64,000 nt of DNA from a bacterium (lineage in GTDB: Bacteria > Myxococcota_A > Bradymonadia > UBA7976 > UBA1532), in contig JAUHYW010000060.1 in assembly GCA_030426085.1 (NCBI GenBank), positions 1 to 64,000 on the forward strand. The letters are read 5' to 3'. Position numbers and translations under genes: made by a program. Shown here piece by piece: positions 59,314 through 64,000 of the stretch (its first letter is position 1; each line of letters begins with the position of its first letter). The notes beneath the pieces were generated by a model, which was not told the origin of the DNA, did not search any database, and saw nothing but the letters and a program-made list of their open reading frames with translations.

Positions 59314-59897
59314 GCCCCCCGTCCGAGCGGGCGGCGCTGGGCGCGCTCGTGGCCGGCGGCCGGGCCCGGCGGCTCGGCGGCCGGGCCAAGGGGCTGCTGC
59401 GGGTCGGGGGGGTGCCCATCGTCGATCGGCTGGCAGCGCTGCTCGGCGACTTCTGCGACCGGGTGGTCGTCATCGGTGACCCCGCCGGGCCCTACGCCGG
59501 CCGGGGGCTGCCGGTGCTGCCCGACGCGATCGACGCCGGCGCGCCGGGCGGGGTCTACACCGCGCTGCGGGCGGCGCCCCGGGCGGGCTGGATCTGCGCG
59601 ATGGCCTGCGACCTGCCCCATCTCGACCGGGCGACGGTGGCCTGCCTGTGGGCCCGGCGCGGGGGGCAGGCCACGCTGTACGTGGCCGGGGGCCGCCGGC
59701 AGCCGCTGGCCGGCGGGCTGTGGCACACCGACGCCCGCCCGGCCTTCGAGGCGGCGTTCGCCGAGGGCCGGCCGGGCTTCGGCGGCATCCTGTCCCGGCT
59801 GCGGGCGGTGGAGGTCGAGGCGGGGTCGGGCGCGGCGTTCGCCAACCTCAATACGCCGGCCGACGCCGCGCGGCTGGGGGTCGCGCTGGAGGGGTGA
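59310..59897 (+). CDS. mobA: Molybdenum cofactor guanylyltransferase
   Basis: LVAGGRARRLGG.AKGLL..GG.P is the MobA N-terminal motif. ATGA overlap with the upstream gene. Confidence 0.75.
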   Translation: MSPPSERAALGALVAGGRARRLGGRAKGLLRVGGVPIVDRLAALLGDFCDRVVVIGDPAGPYAGRGLPVLPDAIDAGAPGGVYTALRAAPRAGWICAMACDLPHLDRATVACLWARRGGQATLYVAGGRRQPLAGGLWHTDARPAFEAAFAEGRPGFGGILSRLRAVEVEAGSGAAFANLNTPADAARLGVALEG

Positions 59898-59948
59898 TCG
59901 TGGGCCGCGGCCCACGGGGGTGGGGGATCGACCCCCCACCCCGGGCGC

Positions 59949-60998
59949 TCAGCAGTCGCCGCCGTCGTTGCGAAAGCAGACGCGGGCCGACGCCTCGAGG
60001 TCGAGCGCGGCGTCGGTCACGGTGACCTCGACCTCCACCGCGATGCCCAGCAGGCCGCCGACCAGCGACACCACCTGAAGCCCGCCGACGAACACCCGGC
60101 TGCCCCGGTCGACCTCGGGGTCGAACCGGTAGACGCCGGGCACGGTGATCTGGAGGTCCTCGAGCCCCAGCAGGCCGCCGAGGCCGGCGGTGATCTCGGC
60201 CTCGAACAGCACCTCGCCGGCGTAGTCGGCCACCACCCGCCCCTCGCCGTCGAGCGCGCGCAGCGAGACGTCGACCGCGGCGCCGAGCAGCGCCACCCGA
60301 CCGCCGAGATCCAGGTCGAGCACCTCGGTGACGATCGGCGGCAGCGGCGGATCCTCCGGCGGCCCGAAGGCGGGGCGCAGGTCGATGACCCCCCCGGTGA
60401 TGACCTCCACCTCGAGCGGGTCGAGCGTGATCAGATCGCCGAGGCCCGCCGGCAGGTCGATGCGCACGCCGTAGGTCCCGACCGGCAGATCGGCCGCGAA
60501 GTGGTCGCCGGTCAGCTCGAGGCCGTAGCTCGGCGGGTCGCCGGGCAGCGGATCGCGGGGCACGACCCGCACCCCGACCCCGTCGAGCAGGTCGAGGCCG
60601 AGCGGCCGGACCTCGAGCCGGCCGAACGGATCGACCAGGATCCGCACCACGATCTCCTCGCCGACCTCGACTTCGAACGCCGCGCTCTGGCCGAAGTAGA
60701 GCGGGCGGCCGTCGATCGAGCCCCGCAGCTCCAGGCGGTCGTAGCGGCCGGCCTCCAGCTCGAACAGCGCCTCGCCCGGGTCGCGGGCGTCGGGGTCGGC
60801 GGGGTCGGGGAAGCGCCAGACCTCGATCTCGGTCTCGCCCTGCCACGCGACCAGGGTCAGCACCTCGGCCGCGGTGACCATCTCGGCGGTCAGCGGCAGC
60901 CGGGCGGTGCCGATCGGGGCGTCGAGCCCCGAGTCGCAGGCGGTCGATAGCAGGAGCGCCAGGGCGGGCAGGACGGCGCGGGTGAGGGCGCGGTTCAT
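59949..60998 (-). CDS. Lipoprotein, hypothetical
   Basis: LLLSTAC lipobox. Repetitive Gly/Leu/Asp-rich beta-like sequence. Confidence 0.45.
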   Translation of the reverse strand: MNRALTRAVLPALALLLSTACDSGLDAPIGTARLPLTAEMVTAAEVLTLVAWQGETEIEVWRFPDPADPDARDPGEALFELEAGRYDRLELRGSIDGRPLYFGQSAAFEVEVGEEIVVRILVDPFGRLEVRPLGLDLLDGVGVRVVPRDPLPGDPPSYGLELTGDHFAADLPVGTYGVRIDLPAGLGDLITLDPLEVEVITGGVIDLRPAFGPPEDPPLPPIVTEVLDLDLGGRVALLGAAVDVSLRALDGEGRVVADYAGEVLFEAEITAGLGGLLGLEDLQITVPGVYRFDPEVDRGSRVFVGGLQVVSLVGGLLGIAVEVEVTVTDAALDLEASARVCFRNDGGDC

Positions 60999-60999
60999 G

Positions 61000-62067
61000 T
61001 CATTGCCTCCGGATGTCCACTTCGACCCGGATCCGGCCCGCGGTGGGGGCCGGCGGCAGGTCGTCGAGGCCGGTCACGATGCCGTCGGGCAGGATGTCGC
61101 GCAGCAGGCCGTCGGGGCCGTCGGGCAGCGTCGGCAACCCGCCGATGGGCGGCAGGCCCTGCATGTCGGGGGGCATCTGCTCGCCGCCGGGCATCTCGCC
61201 GCCGGGCAGGCCCACCGGCACCACCACCAGCACCCCGCCCCCGGGCAGCCGCACATCGACCGTCGCCCCGCCGGGCACCGGGTCGACCACCTGATCGATG
61301 ACCTCGGTGGGGTCGAGCCGGCCGTCGACCGGGTCGAAGGGGCGGGGGCGGTCGGGCGCCGTGTCGGGGGCGTCCGGCGCGGGGGGCGCGCCGCTCGCGC
61401 CGCCCGCCGGCAGCGGTCGGCCCCGTTCGAAGTCGGTGGAGGTCGGCGAGCGGGGCAGCCCCACCTCGACCCCGCCCCCGGGTTCGGCGGTGACCCGCGC
61501 CGCGCCGCCGGGCTCGATGGCCTTCGGCTCGCCGTCGCCGGTGTCGATCCACAGCCGGCCGGTGCCGGCCCGGACCTCGGCCGACCCGGCGGCGAGCGCG
61601 AGCCGCACCTCCTGCGGCGCCTGGCTGGGGTCGAAGAGCATCGGCGAGATGCGCAGGCGGGTCTTCTCGTCGAGCATGACCACCGTGCCGTCGACGAAGC
61701 GCAGCTCGGCGGTGCTCGAGTCCCAGGTGCGCATCGCGTCGAACAGGGCCACCGCGTCGTCGAGGCCCACCCGGCTCCACAGTTCGACCGTACGCGGCTG
61801 GCGCTCGACCCGCCCGGCGAGGTCGGTGACCATCGCCACCTCGACGGCGGCGTTGCGCTCGGCGTGGGCGAAGAGCGGCAGCAGCGACATCAGCAGGCCG
61901 ATGAGCAGGGCCGAGCGGCGGCCGGTCGTGACCCGCCGCGGCGGGGCGGCGGCGGGCGCGCTGCGCTCGCGCCCGACGGCCCGAGCGCGCAGCAGGCGCA
62001 GGATCGCGGTGCTCGCCAGCGCGGGGCGGGTGGCGGCGCCGGGCAGGTCGTTCTGGGGGTTTCTCAT
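61000..62067 (-). CDS. FecR-domain protein (anti-sigma/sensor-like)
   Basis: TM anchor, then LAGRVERQ...VELWSRVGLDDAVALFD...RFVDGTVVML is a FecR-like beta domain. Pro/Gly-rich C-terminus. Confidence 0.6.
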   Translation of the reverse strand: MRNPQNDLPGAATRPALASTAILRLLRARAVGRERSAPAAAPPRRVTTGRRSALLIGLLMSLLPLFAHAERNAAVEVAMVTDLAGRVERQPRTVELWSRVGLDDAVALFDAMRTWDSSTAELRFVDGTVVMLDEKTRLRISPMLFDPSQAPQEVRLALAAGSAEVRAGTGRLWIDTGDGEPKAIEPGGAARVTAEPGGGVEVGLPRSPTSTDFERGRPLPAGGASGAPPAPDAPDTAPDRPRPFDPVDGRLDPTEVIDQVVDPVPGGATVDVRLPGGGVLVVVPVGLPGGEMPGGEQMPPDMQGLPPIGGLPTLPDGPDGLLRDILPDGIVTGLDDLPPAPTAGRIRVEVDIRRQ

Positions 62068-62180
62068 GGCGCGGGCTCCGGGCGCGGTTCTCACCCGAAT
62101 ACGAATGCACGATCCGCGCCGATGCCCGACGCACGGCCGACCGGGGCCCGGGGGGTCCGCCGCGATGGGAATGTGTGGGT

Positions 62181-63416
62181 TCAAAACCGCACCTCCAGGG
62201 TGGTGCCGACCACGATCCGATCGATGCGCGGGGCGTCGATGTCGGTGCGCCGGGCCTGCTGCCAGATGCCGTCGACCCCCACGGTCGCCTGTCGGCCGAG
62301 GTTCAGCGCGCCGCCGGCGCCCACCCGGGGGGCCATCGCGTCGCCCGCCTCGGCCCGGCGCCAGCCGATGCCGCCGAGCAGGTAGACCCCGCCGTGGCGC
62401 CCGGTGAGGCCCGGCCGCAGGTCGGCGGCGACCCCGGCGTAGCCCCGGGGGCCGGGCCCGACCCACTGCGCGCCCAGGCGCCCGTCGACGGTGAACAGCC
62501 CCCGCTGCCACTGCCCGCCGACCGCGGCCTCGGTCCACAGCTCGGCGGCCTCGTCCCGCTCGGCGGCCTCGCCGAACGCGAAGCCGAAGAGCCGGACGCG
62601 GGCCCAGGGGCCGCCGCTCGCCCCCGCCCGCCGCCACCAGCCGACGAGGCCCAGCCCCAGGTGGTGGGGGTCGCCCACCCGCCCCGAGAGCGTGCCCCGC
62701 AGCTCGACCCCGTAGCCCAGGCGGTGCCCGTCGAGGCGGTGCTCGCGGTGACCGTCGAGCCACAGGGAGGTGTGGTCCAGGCGCCCCGGATCGGCCGCCT
62801 CGGCGACGTGCACCGTGCGGTCGAGGCCCAGGCGCAGGCGCAGGCTGTCGTCGGTGCCCTGCCGGCTCCAGGCGCCCTCGCCGGTCAGCGCCAGCCGCCA
62901 GGCGGCCGGATCCTCGACCTCGGGCAGCGGGGCGTCCTCGATGGGGGCGTCGCGGGCGGGGTCGAGCGCGGCGGCCCGGGAGTCGTGGAAGCCGCCGAGG
63001 GCCACCCGCCCGCCCCAGCGCCCGGGGGGCGGCGGCGGCGGCCGGGCGTCGAGCGCGGCCAGCAGCGCCCGGGCCTCGTCGGCGACCACCCGCGCGCCCC
63101 GGGCCTCGACCTGCTCGAGCAGCATCCGGGCCCGGTCGCGGCGGCCGTCGGCCAGCGCCACCCGGGCCAGCAGCACCCGGGCCCGCATCGCGCCGGGCCA
63201 CGCCCGCAGGACGTCGGCCGCGCAGCCCTCGGCCGCCCCTGGTGATCCGCTGCGCAGCAAGCGCTCGGCGTAGGCCAGCCGCAGCCCGGGGCGGGCCGGA
63301 TCGGCGGCCAGCGCCCGGCGGGCCAGCTCGGCGCCGGGGTCGGCCTGCCGCGCCGCGATCGGGCAGGTCGACGACAGCCCCGCGACCAGCGCCAGCAAGG
63401 GCGCGAGCCCCCCCAT
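62181..63416 (-). CDS. TPR-like + beta-barrel outer-membrane protein, hypothetical
   Basis: Signal peptide, N-terminal TPR-like helical region, C-terminus ...TTLEVRF. Confidence 0.5.
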   Translation of the reverse strand: MGGLAPLLALVAGLSSTCPIAARQADPGAELARRALAADPARPGLRLAYAERLLRSGSPGAAEGCAADVLRAWPGAMRARVLLARVALADGRRDRARMLLEQVEARGARVVADEARALLAALDARPPPPPPGRWGGRVALGGFHDSRAAALDPARDAPIEDAPLPEVEDPAAWRLALTGEGAWSRQGTDDSLRLRLGLDRTVHVAEAADPGRLDHTSLWLDGHREHRLDGHRLGYGVELRGTLSGRVGDPHHLGLGLVGWWRRAGASGGPWARVRLFGFAFGEAAERDEAAELWTEAAVGGQWQRGLFTVDGRLGAQWVGPGPRGYAGVAADLRPGLTGRHGGVYLLGGIGWRRAEAGDAMAPRVGAGGALNLGRQATVGVDGIWQQARRTDIDAPRIDRIVVGTTLEVRF

Positions 63417-64000
63417 CAAGCGGCCTCGGCGGTGACCCGTCCGGCCGACGTCGGGCCGGCGGGCAGGTCGATGGTGAAGCGGGCCCCGTCGACGGCCACC
63501 GTGCCCCCGTGGGCCTCGACCGCCAGCCGCACGAAGGCCAGCCCCAGGCCGGTGCCCCGCCCCCGGTCGAGGGTGCCGAACATCTCGAACACCCGGGCCA
63601 CCCGCTCCGGCGGGATGCCGTCCCCCGCGTCCTGCACCGTCAGCCGCAGCCGGTCGGCCTCGACCCGGGCCACCAGCCGGATGGGGCTCTCGCCGTAATG
63701 CAGCGCGTTGGTCAGCAGGTTGAGCAGCACCCGCTCGAGCAGCCGCCGGTCGCCGATGGCGGTGGCGTCGTCGTCCTCGGGGCTCTCGATCTCGACCCGG
63801 AACCCGGACTGGGCGGCGAGCACCTCGATCGCCCGCAGCGCGTCGTCGATCAGATCGTCGACCACGAAGCGGGTCGGCTCCAGCTCGACCTTGCCGCTCT
63901 CGAGCCGGGCGACCATGAGCAGATCGGCGATCATCTCCATCAGCCCCTCGCAGCGGGCCTTGCCCTCGACGAGCAGCTCGTGGTCCTCCTCGTCGAGCTC
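63416..64000 (-). CDS. Sensor histidine kinase (C-terminal HATPase_c portion; 5' end beyond the window)
   Basis: LLTNALHYG (N box), QDAGDGIPPE (G1), GTGLGLAFV (G2). Confidence 0.75.
   Translation of the reverse strand, partial: ELDEEDHELLVEGKARCEGLMEMIADLLMVARLESGKVELEPTRFVVDDLIDDALRAIEVLAAQSGFRVEIESPEDDDATAIGDRRLLERVLLNLLTNALHYGESPIRLVARVEADRLRLTVQDAGDGIPPERVARVFEMFGTLDRGRGTGLGLAFVRLAVEAHGGTVAVDGARFTIDLPAGPTSAGRVTAEAA

Overview
High-GC (~70%) bacterial chromosomal segment. Signal-peptide/lipobox density, Myxococcus-type Cys-rich repeats, MopE-like metal-binding motifs, sigma-54-type promoter architecture and Oar-like TonB receptors all point to a myxobacterium (Deltaproteobacteria), probably a marine/halotolerant one. 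Most of the window is conserved housekeeping: serC, hemE-hemY, ileS, pntAB, mobA, an exbB-exbD-tonB-TBDR operon and a citrate synthase. Interleaved are several unusual accessory modules:
(1) A bacterial major-vault-protein (MVP) homolog (13053..15413). It sits behind a canonical sigma-54 -24/-12 element and is followed, co-directionally, by a 1379-aa Cys-rich lipoprotein with a cbEGF domain and four PPC-like beta-sandwich domains (15597..19736).
(2) An ectoine/hydroxyectoine locus in the unusual order ask_ect-ectA-ectB-ectC-dctQ-dctM-dctP-ectD (19737..27252). A TRAP transporter is embedded between ectC and ectD, and a near-consensus sigma-70 promoter lies upstream.
(3) A divergent pair: a citrate synthase and an excisionase/MerR-type HTH fused to a citrate-synthase-like domain, sharing an AT-rich palindromic operator (36159..38517).
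(4) A translationally coupled operon: REC-HTH_XRE response regulator, MMPL/RND exporter, small membrane protein, cytochrome P450 (7682..12713).
(5) A PHM/DBH-like copper monooxygenase lipoprotein with an N-terminal cytochrome-like domain (27436..28788).
(6) A pseudokinase + Ser/Thr kinase + OmpR-like winged-helix fusion (44549..46531).
(7) A 42-bp palindrome-containing tandem repeat array (205..840).
(8) Tandem paralogous HExxH metalloprotease lipoproteins, one with a (GE)n linker (34312..36137).
(9) A small AT-rich islet with an XRE regulator (49218..49700).
All calls come from reading the six-frame translations and the nucleotide sequence directly; no database searches were run.
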